Source: Escherichia coli (GTDB taxonomy: Bacteria > Pseudomonadota > Gammaproteobacteria > Enterobacterales > Enterobacteriaceae). Taken from it: DNA of 64,000 bases. Shown in pieces: positions 1-12,813 of the stretch. Position numbers and translations under genes: made by a program. The notes beneath the pieces are model-generated. The model saw only the letters and a program-made list of their open reading frames with translations. It was not told the DNA's origin and did no database searches. Where the stretch lies: NCBI RefSeq assembly GCF_003334355.1, contig NZ_QOWP01000018.1. One strand, 5' to 3'. The first letter of the stretch is position 1; every line of letters begins with the position of its first letter.

Positions 1-149
1 TGAATCTGAGGCAGCACCTGGCACGGCTGGGACGGAAGTCGCTGTCGTTCTCAAAATCGGTGGAGCTGCATGACAAAGTCATCGGGCATTATCTGAACAT
101 AAAACACTATCAATAAGTTGGAGTCATTACCCCATCCATGAATTACCTT

Positions 150-896
150 TTATTTATTCCCCATAATGATATTAAGCGTTTTCTGATCGGGCAACCCCAC
201 GGCCTGTTGTAGCGTATTTTCCTTACTCATGTAATAGATAGCCGGCGTGACATTTGCCCCCAGATCGTCCATCAGTTTCTCATTGTCACTTAACACTTTC
301 ATTTGCTCTGTACTTACGTTTGCAGGCACGTTTAGCTTAAGCTTGCCACCAGAGGCTTCATATTGTTGCCAGGTTTTTGCGGGATCTTTGGAGGCAAGAA
401 TTGCCGCTGCTGTCGCCGGGCTTTCTGGCTTGATAACCCCAACCAACAATGTTCTTAATTGCACTTTGCCAGAATCTACCCACGGGCGCGCCTGCTGCCA
501 GAACTGTTTACAATATGGGCAGAACGGATCGGCGAAGACGTAGACAATGACCGGCGCATCTTTTTTACCGTCGAGGAGCCAGTGGGATTGTTCCATCCGT
601 TGCCACATTTCGCGTCCGGCTGGTGCGTAAATTTCTTTTTCGATAAGTGTGTTACTCAGGTTTTCACCTTTCTCGTTGTACATGTAACCAGAGATAGCGT
701 GCTTACCATCTGGAGTCAGGTAGATGGTGACGCCCATATCCTGATACTTTCCGAGATAACCTTTCATTCCTCCGGGGGCATCGAATGTTTTGATGATTGT
801 AATGCCCTGTTTTTCAATCGCTTTTACTGGAGCAGGAAGTTCCTCTGCGAAGGCGATTGCAGGAAGCAGAGCCAGTAAAAGTATCTTTTTTAACAT
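150..896 (-). CDS. dsbG: Periplasmic thiol:disulfide interchange protein DsbG
   Basis: ORF 150..956 trimmed to internal Met ([17 protein letters not shown] signal peptide); 248 aa with CPYC thioredoxin-fold motif; start codon verified as cat on plus strand at 894-896. Confidence 0.9.
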   Translation of the reverse strand: MLKKILLLALLPAIAFAEELPAPVKAIEKQGITIIKTFDAPGGMKGYLGKYQDMGVTIYLTPDGKHAISGYMYNEKGENLSNTLIEKEIYAPAGREMWQRMEQSHWLLDGKKDAPVIVYVFADPFCPYCKQFWQQARPWVDSGKVQLRTLLVGVIKPESPATAAAILASKDPAKTWQQYEASGGKLKLNVPANVSTEQMKVLSDNEKLMDDLGANVTPAIYYMSKENTLQQAVGLPDQKTLNIIMGNK

Positions 897-1139
897 TAAT
901 TTGTCCTTTTCAGTCAGTGCAAAAGTCGAGTAAAAGGCATAACCTATCACTGTCATAGGTAAGAGCTTAGATCAGGTGATTGCCCTTTGTTTATGAGGGT
1001 GTTGTAATCCATGTCGTTGTTGCATTTGTAAGGGCAACACCTCAGCCTGCAGGCAGGCACTGAAGATACCAAAGGGTAGTTCAGATTACACGGTCACCTG
1101 GAAAGGGGGCCATTTTACTTTTTATCGCCGCTGGCGGTG

Positions 1140-1260
1140 CAAAGTTCACAAAGTTGTCTTACGAAGGTTGTAAGGTAAAACTTATCGATTTGATAATGGA
1201 AACGCATTAGCCGAATCGGCAAAAATTGGTTACCTTACATCTCATCGAAAACACGGAGGA
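1140..1260 (+). promoter_or_regulatory. ahpC promoter region (OxyR-regulated in E. coli)
   Basis: Position upstream of ahpC within the dsbG-ahpC divergent spacer; OxyR tetranucleotide spacing not verified by eye. Confidence 0.35.
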
Positions 1261-1267
1261 AGTATAG

Positions 1268-1831
1268 ATGTCCTTGATTAACACCAAAATTAAACCTTTT
1301 AAAAACCAGGCATTCAAAAACGGCGAATTCATCGAAATCACCGAAAAAGATACCGAAGGCCGCTGGAGCGTCTTCTTCTTCTACCCGGCTGACTTTACTT
1401 TCGTATGCCCGACCGAACTGGGTGACGTTGCTGACCACTACGAAGAACTGCAGAAACTGGGCGTAGACGTATACGCAGTATCTACCGATACTCACTTCAC
1501 CCACAAAGCATGGCACAGCAGCTCTGAAACCATCGCTAAAATCAAATATGCGATGATCGGCGACCCGACTGGCGCCCTGACCCGTAACTTCGACAACATG
1601 CGTGAAGATGAAGGTCTGGCTGACCGTGCGACCTTCGTTGTTGACCCGCAGGGTATCATCCAGGCAATCGAAGTTACCGCTGAAGGCATTGGCCGTGACG
1701 CGTCTGACCTGCTGCGTAAAATCAAAGCAGCACAGTACGTAGCTTCTCACCCAGGTGAAGTTTGCCCGGCTAAATGGAAAGAAGGTGAAGCAACTCTGGC
1801 TCCGTCTCTGGACCTGGTTGGTAAAATCTAA
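1268..1831 (+). CDS. ahpC: Alkyl hydroperoxide reductase, peroxiredoxin subunit C
   Basis: 187-aa ORF recognised as AhpC (FVCPTEL peroxidatic Cys motif, C-terminal resolving Cys); GGAGGA Shine-Dalgarno upstream. Confidence 0.97.
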   Translation: MSLINTKIKPFKNQAFKNGEFIEITEKDTEGRWSVFFFYPADFTFVCPTELGDVADHYEELQKLGVDVYAVSTDTHFTHKAWHSSSETIAKIKYAMIGDPTGALTRNFDNMREDEGLADRATFVVDPQGIIQAIEVTAEGIGRDASDLLRKIKAAQYVASHPGEVCPAKWKEGEATLAPSLDLVGKI

Positions 1832-1969
1832 ATTTCCTTCGTCTTTCACGCCATAGCGGCGTTGGCGTCGCCCGCTCACCCCGGTCACTTACTTGTGTAA
1901 GCTCCCGGGGATTCACAGGCTAGCCGCCTTGCTCTGACGCGAAATACTTCGGAAATTCACCTAATTCTT

Positions 1970-1996
1970 CGGGTGCTGCGGCACCCGATTTTCTTC
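1970..1996 (+). terminator. Candidate partial intrinsic terminator/attenuator between ahpC and ahpF
   Basis: 7-bp GC-rich stem cgggtgc/gcacccg with 4-nt loop, followed by attttcttcc. Confidence 0.35.
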
Positions 1997-2075
1997 CCCG
2001 CACCATGATGCAAGCTGCATCCAGGTAGCCGCAGAGGCCGCTTGCATGATGATGTTTAAAGCCCAGGAGATAAAC

Positions 2076-3641
2076 ATGCTCGACACAAATATGAAAACTC
2101 AACTCAAGGCTTACCTTGAGAAATTGACCAAGCCTGTTGAGTTAATTGCCACGCTGGATGACAGCGCTAAATCGGCAGAAATCAAGGAACTGTTGGCTGA
2201 AATCGCAGAACTGTCAGACAAAGTCACCTTTAAAGAAGATAACAGCTTGCCGGTGCGTAAGCCGTCTTTCCTGATCACCAACCCAGGTTCCAACCAGGGG
2301 CCACGTTTTGCAGGCTCCCCGCTGGGCCACGAGTTCACCTCGCTGGTACTGGCGTTGCTGTGGACCGGTGGTCATCCGTCGAAAGAAGCGCAGTCTCTGC
2401 TGGAGCAGATTCGCCATATTGACGGTGATTTTGAATTCGAAACCTATTACTCGCTCTCTTGCCACAACTGCCCGGACGTGGTGCAGGCGCTGAACCTGAT
2501 GAGCGTACTGAACCCGCGCATCAAGCACACTGCAATTGACGGCGGCACCTTCCAGAACGAAATCACCGATCGCAACGTGATGGGCGTTCCGGCAGTGTTC
2601 GTAAACGGGAAAGAGTTTGGTCAGGGCCGCATGACGTTGACTGAAATCGTTGCCAAAATTGATACTGGCGCGGAAAAACGTGCGGCAGAAGAGCTGAACA
2701 AGCGTGATGCTTATGACGTATTAATCGTCGGTTCCGGCCCGGCGGGTGCAGCGGCAGCAATTTACTCCGCACGTAAAGGCATCCGTACCGGTCTGATGGG
2801 CGAACGTTTTGGTGGTCAGATCCTCGATACCGTTGATATCGAAAACTACATTTCTGTACCGAAGACTGAAGGGCAGAAGCTGGCAGGCGCACTGAAAGTT
2901 CACGTTGATGAATACGACGTTGATGTGATCGACAGCCAGAGCGCCAGCAAACTGATCCCAGCAGCAGTTGAAGGTGGTCTGCATCAGATTGAAACAGCTT
3001 CTGGCGCGGTACTGAAAGCACGCAGCATTATCGTGGCGACCGGTGCAAAATGGCGCAACATGAACGTTCCGGGCGAAGATCAGTATCGCACCAAAGGCGT
3101 GACCTACTGCCCGCACTGCGACGGCCCGCTGTTTAAAGGCAAACGCGTAGCGGTTATCGGCGGCGGTAACTCCGGCGTGGAAGCGGCAATCGACCTGGCG
3201 GGTATCGTTGAGCACGTAACTCTGCTGGAATTTGCGCCAGAAATGAAAGCCGACCAGGTGCTGCAGGACAAACTGCGCAGCCTGAAAAACGTCGACATTA
3301 TTCTGAATGCGCAAACCACGGAAGTGAAAGGCGACGGCAGCAAAGTCGTTGGTCTGGAATATCGAGATCGTGTCAGCGGCGATATTCACAACATCGAACT
3401 GGCCGGTATTTTCGTCCAGATTGGTCTGCTGCCGAACACCAACTGGCTGGAAGGCGCAGTCGAACGTAACCGCATGGGTGAGATTATCATTGATGCGAAA
3501 TGCGAAACCAACGTCAAAGGCGTATTCGCAGCGGGTGACTGTACGACGGTTCCGTACAAGCAGATCATCATCGCCACTGGCGAAGGTGCCAAAGCCTCTC
3601 TGAGTGCTTTTGACTACCTGATTCGCACCAAAACTGCATAA
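2076..3641 (+). CDS. ahpF: Alkyl hydroperoxide reductase, flavoprotein subunit F
   Basis: ORF 2046..3641 trimmed to Met11 ([10 protein letters not shown]), giving 521 aa; CHNC and CPHC redox motifs and GxGxxG FAD/NAD motifs; AGGAGA Shine-Dalgarno at about 2064. Confidence 0.95.
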
Positions 3642-3671
3642 GAAGAAGTAAGATTCACCTGCAATTGCTTA

Positions 3672-3703
3672 GCCGCCGGGGTCAAACCTGGCGGCTTTTT
3701 TAT
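3672..3703 (+). terminator. Intrinsic terminator downstream of ahpF
   Basis: Stem agccgcc/ggcggct followed by tttttta. Confidence 0.55.
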
Positions 3704-3706
3704 GGC

Positions 3707-3742
3707 ATTAAAAAGCCCTGCCGGGATGGCTCCGGGCAGGGC
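3707..3742 (-). terminator. Intrinsic terminator downstream of uspG
   Basis: 11-bp GC stem gccctgccggg/ccgggcagggc with U-run on the minus strand (plus-strand ttaaaaa at 3708-3714). Confidence 0.55.
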
Positions 3743-3761
3743 GGGATATTTATTCTGGCAA

Positions 3762-4190
3762 TTAACGCACAACCAGCACCGGCAGATTGGCATGGCGGAT
3801 CACGCTCGAGGCGTTAGAACCTAACAGATGGGTCGAAATCGATGGGTTGCGAGAACCAATAACTACAACATCAGCCCCCAGTTCTTCTGCCAACTCATTG
3901 ACTTCATCCCGCACGCTACCAAAACGGACATGTTGTTTAATGCGGGAAGGATCGATGGTGAAGTGGCTGACCATCGTTTGCAGACGTTCTTCTGCTTCAT
4001 GTTGCAGATGCTCTTCAAAACGACGCACATCAGCGGCAAAACGGTGCAGGCTCAGGCTGGCTGACCCGGGTAGTACGTGAAGTAGATGAATAACTCCGTC
4101 ATCCTGGGCGAGGAATTCAGCGTGGCGAACAGCTTTGTCGCTCAATTCCATTTCAAATACATCAACTGGCATAATGATTGTCTTATACAT
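3762..4190 (-). CDS. uspG: Universal stress protein G
   Basis: 142-aa ORF recognised as UspG/YbdQ (UspA-family fold). Confidence 0.9.
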   Translation of the reverse strand: MYKTIIMPVDVFEMELSDKAVRHAEFLAQDDGVIHLLHVLPGSASLSLHRFAADVRRFEEHLQHEAEERLQTMVSHFTIDPSRIKQHVRFGSVRDEVNELAEELGADVVVIGSRNPSISTHLLGSNASSVIRHANLPVLVVR

Positions 4191-4410
4191 AACCCTTTCT
4201 CCCTGTTAATCATGAACAAATCATTCGCCATGATTATAATATTTATCCCTGATATTTGTCTGGTTCTTTTTCCTTACGAACGGTTTCTGTGATTAATATA
4301 TTCTCACTGAACACCAGGAATTCTCCCAAAACCTGCGGTACCGCCCGTTTTCCCGCTGTGATAGCTACCCTTAAAGACTGACTCTTTTTTGAACTGTCTC
4401 TGGAGGTTGC

Positions 4411-5649
4411 ATGAAAGCATTGACTTATCACGGCCCACATCACGTTCAGGTAGAAAATGTTCCCGATCCGGGCGTTGAACAGGCAGATGATATTATTCTG
4501 CGTATTACGGCAACGGCGATCTGTGGCTCTGACCTCCATCTTTATCGAGGCAAAATACCTCAGGTTAAACATGGCGATATTTTTGGTCATGAATTTATGG
4601 GGGAAGTAGTTGAAACCGGAAAGGACGTAAAAAATTTGCAAAAAGGCGACCGAGTGGTAATTCCGTTCGTCATTGCTTGTGGCGACTGTTTTTTCTGTCG
4701 ATTGCAACAATATGCCGCCTGCGAAAATACCAATGCGGGTAAAGGCGCTGCGCTCAATAAAAAACAGATACCAGCTCCAGCGGCATTGTTTGGTTATAGT
4801 CACCTGTATGGCGGCGTTCCTGGTGGGCAGGCGGAATATGTCCGCGTCCCTAAAGGGAATGTGGGGCCGTTTAAAGTACCGCCTTTGCTTTCAGATGATA
4901 AAGCCCTTTTCCTTTCTGATATTCTGCCAACGGCATGGCAGGCAGCAAAAAATGCGCAGATCCAACAAGGTTCAAGCGTTGCAGTCTATGGTGCTGGTCC
5001 TGTGGGATTGTTGACAATCGCCTGTGCACGGTTGCTCGGTGCGGAACAGATTTTTGTTGTTGATCATCATCCCTACCGCTTGCATTTCGCCGCCGACCGC
5101 TACGGCGCGATCCCGATTAATTTTGATGAAGACAGCGATCCGGCACAGTCAATTATTGAACAAACGGCAGGTCACCGGGGCGTGGATGCAGTAATAGACG
5201 CCGTCGGTTTTGAAGCGAAAGGCAGCACCACGGAAACGGTGCTGACTAACCTGAAACTGGAGGGCAGCAGCGGTAAAGCGTTGCGCCAGTGTATTGCGGC
5301 GGTCAGGCGTGGCGGCATTGTTAGCGTACCCGGCGTCTACGCTGGATTTATTCACGGTTTCCTGTTTGGCGACGCCTTTGATAAAGGGTTGACGTTTAAA
5401 ATGGGACAGACCCACGTTCACGCATGGCTGGGAGAATTATTACCGTTAATTGAGAAAGGATTACTGAAACCAGAAGAAATTGTTACCCACTATATGCCGT
5501 TTGAAGAGGCCGCCCGGGGATATGAGATTTTCGAAAAACGTGAAGAGGAGTGCCGTAAGGTGATTCTGGTACCCGGTGCACAAAGCGCAGAGGCGGCGCA
5601 GAAGGCGGTTTCAGGTCTGGTGAATGCGATGCCGGGGGGAACAATATGA
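4411..5649 (+). CDS. ybdR: Zn-dependent alcohol dehydrogenase-family oxidoreductase
   Basis: 412-aa ORF with the MDR-family zinc site (GHEFMGEV), structural-zinc Cys cluster and GAGPVG Rossmann motif; position matches K-12 ybdR. Confidence 0.85.
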   Translation: MKALTYHGPHHVQVENVPDPGVEQADDIILRITATAICGSDLHLYRGKIPQVKHGDIFGHEFMGEVVETGKDVKNLQKGDRVVIPFVIACGDCFFCRLQQYAACENTNAGKGAALNKKQIPAPAALFGYSHLYGGVPGGQAEYVRVPKGNVGPFKVPPLLSDDKALFLSDILPTAWQAAKNAQIQQGSSVAVYGAGPVGLLTIACARLLGAEQIFVVDHHPYRLHFAADRYGAIPINFDEDSDPAQSIIEQTAGHRGVDAVIDAVGFEAKGSTTETVLTNLKLEGSSGKALRQCIAAVRRGGIVSVPGVYAGFIHGFLFGDAFDKGLTFKMGQTHVHAWLGELLPLIEKGLLKPEEIVTHYMPFEEAARGYEIFEKREEECRKVILVPGAQSAEAAQKAVSGLVNAMPGGTI

Positions 5650-5879
5650 TCGTCAGGAGTGGTTTTCGAGGTAAAGGACAGCCATGACGATAATCGCCGC
5701 CATAATCAGAAATCCTATCAGGATGTAAAATGCTTCTGCCATGGTTATTCCCACAAACGAAACGGAATAATTTTGCAGCAAAAGTGAACAGTGAGAACCA
5801 GGAAAAATTGCTGATTTTGCGTAAAGAGGATGCGAGTGCATCCTCTGGGCAAAGCGAGTTATCGCTTGTGCAGATGGGA

Positions 5880-6290
5880 TTAAAGCAGGTAGTCGCCAGC
5901 AGCTTCTGGCTGGTATTCGAGTTCCAGCACTTCAAGGTGGGTTGCAACGCCGCCCGGAAGTTCCCAGTGAATGGAATCGCCAACGCGCAGCCCCAGCAGT
6001 GCGGCACCTACCGGAGCCATAACGGAAAGCTGAGTATTGCTATCGGTCATTTTTGCCGGATACACCAGCGTGCGCACACGCACTTCGCCATCGCTAAGAT
6101 TGCGGAATTTAACCCGGCTGTTCATTGTCACCACGTCGTGTGGCATCTCTTCTGGCGAACACATTTGGGCGCGATCCAACTCTGCGTTTAACGCGTCGGC
6201 GATTGGCAAACCAGCATAGGCGGGTTGCTCCAGCAGAATATCGATGCGTTCGGCATCCAGGTCGTTAATGATGATAGTTGGTCTGGACAT
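5880..6290 (-). CDS. rnk: Regulator of nucleoside diphosphate kinase (GreA/GreB-like)
   Basis: 136-aa ORF recognised as Rnk. Confidence 0.9.
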
Positions 6291-6519
6291 TTTTACTCCA
6301 TGTCGTCGGTGCTGCGAGTGTCGCAGATAAACATACCCAAAAGAAAACCCTCACCGTCAGGCGGCGAGGGTTTAACTCACATGATGATACTGACTGTTGC
6401 TCACTCTTTGAAGTGATTTGCGTCACATTCAGGGAATTCCTCAATGCAGCGCATTATGTATAAATCTTAATCGCCTTGGTTTATGGAAGACGAATTAGCG
6501 TGTTTTGTAAATCAGATGA

Positions 6520-7326
6520 TTAATAACCCGCTTTATCAATCACAAAGGTTTTGCCACAGTTACCTGGGTGAGGTTGTGGCAAGAATGAGTTTGCAGAAAG
6601 CGGAGCGTTGATGGCGTCAGCTTTGATCGAGATCTGAATTTCAGTCAAATACGCAGGGTTACCCTGGCACGTTAGCTTAACTGCTTTCACGTTCTCTTTT
6701 CCCCAGCTTTTGGCAAAGGCGGCGTCAAAGTCACGGCGGCTCACTGTTTTACCGTAATTATCCGCAAGGAATTTTCCGGCTTCGCTCTCTTTAATTTCTT
6801 GATTCAGGCGTACCATCGTACCGAAGTATGCGTCCGGATCAAAACCAAAGCAGGCACCGTGTTTGGCATATTCGTAGCGTTCCAGGCAGGAACGTCCGCC
6901 AGCTCCTGGCATGACTTCACTTAGTTTAGCGGCCGTTTCCAGTGATAATCCGGTTTCCGGCGATGAACACATTCGGCTGGCGCGCGCTTCTGGTAGATTC
7001 GGGATTGGGCGAGTAGCGCAACCGAAGCGCATCCAGCGGCGTTCATCAACACCACGGGCAGCAACCGATTTAGGCAATCCTGGCCACAGACCATGTACGG
7101 TCAGAAAATCAGCTTTGTTGGTCGTTTCGGTTTGCAGGCGACATTCATCTCGTTCGTTACGATTTCGATCGTGTTGACTCTGGCAAAATCCGGTTTGCCA
7201 GGAGAGGGCCAGGACATAGCGATCAAAATCGCCATACTGTTTTGCCTGCAACGCTAAGGCGTTGGCAGAAGAGAAGGGAAGCAGAGAAACCGCGAGCAAC
7301 GCGGCGTTACGCCAGAATGCTTTCAT
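6520..7326 (-). CDS. rna: Ribonuclease I (periplasmic RNase T2 family)
   Basis: ORF 6520..7344 trimmed to Met7 (MKAFWRNAALLAVSLL signal peptide), giving 268 aa; HGLWP catalytic motif. Confidence 0.9.
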   Translation of the reverse strand: MKAFWRNAALLAVSLLPFSSANALALQAKQYGDFDRYVLALSWQTGFCQSQHDRNRNERDECRLQTETTNKADFLTVHGLWPGLPKSVAARGVDERRWMRFGCATRPIPNLPEARASRMCSSPETGLSLETAAKLSEVMPGAGGRSCLERYEYAKHGACFGFDPDAYFGTMVRLNQEIKESEAGKFLADNYGKTVSRRDFDAAFAKSWGKENVKAVKLTCQGNPAYLTEIQISIKADAINAPLSANSFLPQPHPGNCGKTFVIDKAGY

Positions 7327-7372
7327 AATGGGTGTGGAACTCATACATACACTGAATACTATCTATTAAATC

Positions 7373-7408
7373 ATAAAAAAGCCCGCCAGGTGGGCTTACC
7401 TGGCGGGC
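7373..7408 (-). terminator. Intrinsic terminator downstream of citT
   Basis: 10-bp stem gcccgccagg/cctggcgggc; plus-strand aaaaaa at 7375-7380 gives the U-run on the minus strand. Confidence 0.6.
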
Positions 7409-7439
7409 GTGATGATTTATTCAGCGTTTGGCGAACGTA

Positions 7440-8903
7440 TTAGTTCCACATGGCGAGAATCGGCCAGCCAACCAACAGCAACATAGAGATGTAAATCACC
7501 CCGAAGATTGCGCCAAGACGCCAGTAATCTTTTGATTTCACATAGCCACAGCCGTAAATAATCACCCCAGGACCGGTTGCATACGGCGTCAGACAGCCCA
7601 TGATACCGATAGACAGCACCAGCAGGATACACAGTTGTTCCATTGGTACGCCCGGAATACCTTTACCGACGGCCAGAATAACCGGCAGCATGGTTGCGGT
7701 GTGCGCAGACAGGCTGGCAAACAGGTAGTGTGCAAAGTAGAACACCAGAACCAGTACAATCACCGTTGCGTTTGGTGAGAATCCTTCCAGGTGCGTACTC
7801 ATGGTACCGGCGAACCAGTCAATAAAACCAGAACGAGTCAGGCCGTTAGCCATCACAACCAGAGTTGCCAGGTTGACCAGCGTGTTCCATGCGCTGTTAT
7901 AGCGGGTAATGTCTTTCCACGGCACAACGTGCAGAGCCAGCATTAGCGAAACTGCCAGCAGACCAACCGCAGTAGCATTAATGACTTCACTGCCAAATAC
8001 CCACAAACCTAAGCTGAGCAATACAAGGCCAATCAGCGTCCACTCTCTGCGTGTCAGCGCACCCATGGTTTTTAGTTCATCACCCGCCCAGGTTGCCACT
8101 TCTTCACTGTGTGTGATTTCCGGTTTGTACAGCACGTAGGAAAGCCACGGCGCAATGATAAGCAAGATAACCCCAACCGGCAGGAAGCAGAGGAACCACT
8201 GCAACCAGCTAATCTGGATACCGGCAATTTTGCTGACGAACTCCAGACCCAGCACGTTTGGTGCCGCACCGGTGACAAACATGGACGAACTCAGACTGGT
8301 ACTAATGACCATCATCCACATCAAATAGCCGCCAATACGACGCGCGGACGGATCGTTGGGGAATGATTTAAACAGCGGCGGCAGGTTTTTAATGACCGGA
8401 AAAACCGTACCCCCGGTACGCGCGGTGTTGGACGGTGTAAACGGTGCCAGCAGAATGTCGATAATGACAATCGCATAACCCAACGTCAGCGTGCGTTTGC
8501 CCATGAATTTCACCAGGAAAAGGGCAATGCGACGACCTAACCCGGAAACTTCATACCCTAATGCAAAAATAAATGCGCCAAATACCAGCCATACCGTGGT
8601 GCTGGAAAAACCAGCCAGACCCCATTTCAGCGCCTGTTTTTGCGCATTAAACGCTGGGTCAGCTAATTCTTTGGCATCAAAGAGCAGGTAATTACTGCCA
8701 ATAACGCAAATAGTAACCGCAATAAAACTGATCGCTGTTGCCGGAATTGGCTCGAGGATCATGCCGACAATCATTGCCACAAACACAGCGAAGTAATGCC
8801 ATGCCTGTGGTGGCATACCGTCGGGGACAGGGATAAGAAACATGACACCCATCACCACCAGTGGGGCCAATAGTTTCCATATATTATCTTTTGCTAAAGA
8901 CAT
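7440..8903 (-). CDS. citT: Citrate:succinate antiporter
   Basis: 487-aa polytopic membrane ORF recognised as CitT; first downstream gene of the cit cluster. Confidence 0.9.
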   Translation of the reverse strand: MSLAKDNIWKLLAPLVVMGVMFLIPVPDGMPPQAWHYFAVFVAMIVGMILEPIPATAISFIAVTICVIGSNYLLFDAKELADPAFNAQKQALKWGLAGFSSTTVWLVFGAFIFALGYEVSGLGRRIALFLVKFMGKRTLTLGYAIVIIDILLAPFTPSNTARTGGTVFPVIKNLPPLFKSFPNDPSARRIGGYLMWMMVISTSLSSSMFVTGAAPNVLGLEFVSKIAGIQISWLQWFLCFLPVGVILLIIAPWLSYVLYKPEITHSEEVATWAGDELKTMGALTRREWTLIGLVLLSLGLWVFGSEVINATAVGLLAVSLMLALHVVPWKDITRYNSAWNTLVNLATLVVMANGLTRSGFIDWFAGTMSTHLEGFSPNATVIVLVLVFYFAHYLFASLSAHTATMLPVILAVGKGIPGVPMEQLCILLVLSIGIMGCLTPYATGPGVIIYGCGYVKSKDYWRLGAIFGVIYISMLLLVGWPILAMWN

Positions 8904-8953
8904 ACGGGTTCTCCGAAAATTAATATTTCCAAATTTATCAAGTGCTTAAATAA

Positions 8954-10358
<1,405 letters not shown>

Positions 10359-10361
10359 GGC

Positions 10362-11894
10362 TTATTCCTTCACCTGATGCACAACATCGATCACCGAGCC
10401 ATCGCGGTAACGCACAACGGCAACGACGCGGTCGGTGAATTCAATCGGCTGTGGTTCACCGGTCAGCAGACGCGCACGTTCGCGCAGCCACTCAATGGAA
10501 ACCACTTTAATGCCCGCTTCCTGCAGACGTTCTGCCAGTTCCGGACGTGCCGGGTTAACTGCGATACCGTGGTCTGTGACCAGAATATCGACACTGGAGC
10601 CCGGGGTGATGCAGGTCAGCACGTTATCCACCAGAGTCGGAATACGACCGCGTACCAGCGGCGCGACGATGATGGAAAGCGCAGAGGCAATTGCGGTATC
10701 GCAGTGACCACCGGAAGCACCACGCAGTACGCCGTCAGAGCCGGTCAGCACGTTAACGTTGAACTGGGTGTCAATTTCCAGCGCGCTCAGTACCACCACG
10801 TCGAGACGATCAACCGATGCGCCTTTCGAACCCCAGTTAGCGTACTGGTTGGCGCTGATTTCGATGTGATTGGGGTTACGGGCCAGCGATTGCGCAGCAT
10901 GGCTGTCAAAGCTCTGCACATCCAGCAGTTTGCGGATCAGACCTTTTTCGTGCAGGTCAACCATCGTCGCGGTAATACCGCCAAGGGCGAAGTCGGCGCG
11001 AATATCGCGGCTACGCATTTTGTCTTCCAGGAAACGGGTTACCGCCAGCGATGCGCCGCCGGTGCCGGTTTGCATGGAGAAACCTTCTTTGAAGTAGCCA
11101 GAGTTGACAATCACATCCGCAGCGCTACGGGCAATAAGCAGTTCGCGCGGGTTAGTGGTCATACGGGTAGCGCCAGCGCCGATTTTTGCAGCATCGCCAA
11201 CGCGATCAACTTTGACGATCAGATCAACCTGATCTTGCTCAATGCTTGCCGGATTATGCGGATAAGGCAGCAGTTCTTCGGTAAGCATCACAACCTGTTT
11301 TGCGTTGTCGGCATCAACCATTGCATAGCCGAGGGAGCCGCAGCAGGCTTTACCGGTGTAGCCGTTGGCATTACCGAATTCATCACAGGACGGGACGCCG
11401 AGGAAAGCCACGTCGATATTCAGTTCGCCGCTCTGTACCAGATGCACACGTCCGCCGTGAGAGTGGATCTGCACCGGTTCCGCCAGCAGACCACGGGAGA
11501 TCTCTTCCGCCAGTGGACCACGCAGGCCGGAGGTATAAATGCGGGTAACCACGCCCTGGCGAATGTGTTCTACCAGCGGCGCATGGCAATCACTCAGGGA
11601 GCTGGACGCCAGGGTCAGGTTTTTAAAGCCCATCTTCGCGATGACGTCCATCACCATATTGACGGTCAGGTCACCGCCACGGAAAGCGTGATGGAAGGAA
11701 ACCGTCATGCCGTCCTGTAAACCAGAGCGACGAATCGCTTCTTCCAGGTTGGCGCACAGTTTGCGATCGCGCGCTTTTTCAGCCTGGTAGGTTTGCTTTG
11801 GTGAGTTCTGGAAAGCGGCAAGATCGCATTCAGCGCGACGATTCCAGGCCGCTACCCGTTCTTGTCGTTGAGATTGTTCAATTTTCTGCGTCAT
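10362..11894 (-). CDS. citF: Citrate lyase alpha subunit (citrate CoA-transferase)
   Basis: ORF 10362..11936 trimmed to Met15 (MTQKIEQSQRQ), giving 510 aa. Confidence 0.9.
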   Translation of the reverse strand: MTQKIEQSQRQERVAAWNRRAECDLAAFQNSPKQTYQAEKARDRKLCANLEEAIRRSGLQDGMTVSFHHAFRGGDLTVNMVMDVIAKMGFKNLTLASSSLSDCHAPLVEHIRQGVVTRIYTSGLRGPLAEEISRGLLAEPVQIHSHGGRVHLVQSGELNIDVAFLGVPSCDEFGNANGYTGKACCGSLGYAMVDADNAKQVVMLTEELLPYPHNPASIEQDQVDLIVKVDRVGDAAKIGAGATRMTTNPRELLIARSAADVIVNSGYFKEGFSMQTGTGGASLAVTRFLEDKMRSRDIRADFALGGITATMVDLHEKGLIRKLLDVQSFDSHAAQSLARNPNHIEISANQYANWGSKGASVDRLDVVVLSALEIDTQFNVNVLTGSDGVLRGASGGHCDTAIASALSIIVAPLVRGRIPTLVDNVLTCITPGSSVDILVTDHGIAVNPARPELAERLQEAGIKVVSIEWLRERARLLTGEPQPIEFTDRVVAVVRYRDGSVIDVVHQVKE

Positions 11895-11904
11895 TTTGAT
11901 TGCC

Positions 11905-12813
11905 TTATTCTTCGCGGATGCCGGAAAGTTCTGCACGGGAGAGCACCAGACGGGCGCGATCGATAACCGGACCGTCCACCATCTTGCCGTTCAGGGAAAC
12001 CACGCCGAGGCCTTCGCGAGCGGCGGCTTCAGCGGCTTCTACGACGCGGCGGGCGTGATCCACTTCTTTCTGGGTCGGTGCGTAGAGGTTGTGCAGCAGA
12101 TCAATCTGACGCGGGTTGATCAGCGATTTGCCGTCAAAGCCCAGCTGTTTGATGTGGGCGGCTTCTTGCAGGAATCCAGCTTCGTTGTTAGCGTCGGAAT
12201 AGACGGTATCGAACGCCTGAATACCCGCAGAGCGCGCGGCCTGCAAAATGGAGCAGCGAGCGAACAGCAGTTCAGTTCCTTCCGGGGAGCGTTCTGTACG
12301 CAGGTTGCGCACATAGTCTTCTGCACCGAGGGCGATACCGATCAAACGCTCGGAAGCGTGAGCGATTTCCACTGCGCGGGTAATGCCCAGCGGAGATTCA
12401 ATCGCCGCCAGCAGGCCGGTGCTGCCGGGTTCACGACCACAGGCTTTTTCGATACGCAGGATCTCTTTTTCGATATCCAGAACATCCTGAGCGGTATCGG
12501 TTTTCGGCAGACGCACAACGTCCGCACCACCGCGAACGACGGCTTCCAGGTCGTTGACACCCCATTCGGAATCCAGCGCGTTGACACGCACAATGGTTTC
12601 AATATCGCGATACAGCGGATGTTGCAGCGCGTGGTAAACCATGCGGCGGGCGGTGTCTTTTTCACGCAATGCTACGGAGTCTTCGAGGTCAAACATCAGG
12701 GCATCAGCCGGGTAGATGAAGGAGTTGCTGACCATCGCGGCATTGGCACCAGGCACAAACAACATGCTGCGGCGGGTGCGAGTTTTACGTTGTTGCAGCG
12801 AAGCGGAAATCAT
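11905..12813 (-). CDS. citE: Citrate lyase beta subunit (citryl-CoA lyase)
   Basis: ORF trimmed to Met6 ([10 protein letters not shown]), giving 302 aa; HpcH/HpaI aldolase-type fold. Confidence 0.9.

Noticed and set aside
1-116. Open plus-strand frame running in from the window edge to a TAA at 114-116; a minus-strand frame starting at 81-83 is also open
   Set aside because: Both strands show open frames here and the segment is too short to tell which, if either, is a real gene end; not annotated.
4243-4803. 186-aa minus-strand ORF
   Set aside because: Overlaps the ybdR 5' region and its promoter on the opposite strand; no recognisable protein features; the ybdR frame is the one with enzyme motifs.
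5483-6007. 174-aa minus-strand ORF
   Set aside because: Overlaps the ybdR 3' end and rnk in another frame; only its internal 29-codon hydrophobic segment is considered (reported separately as a low-confidence finding).
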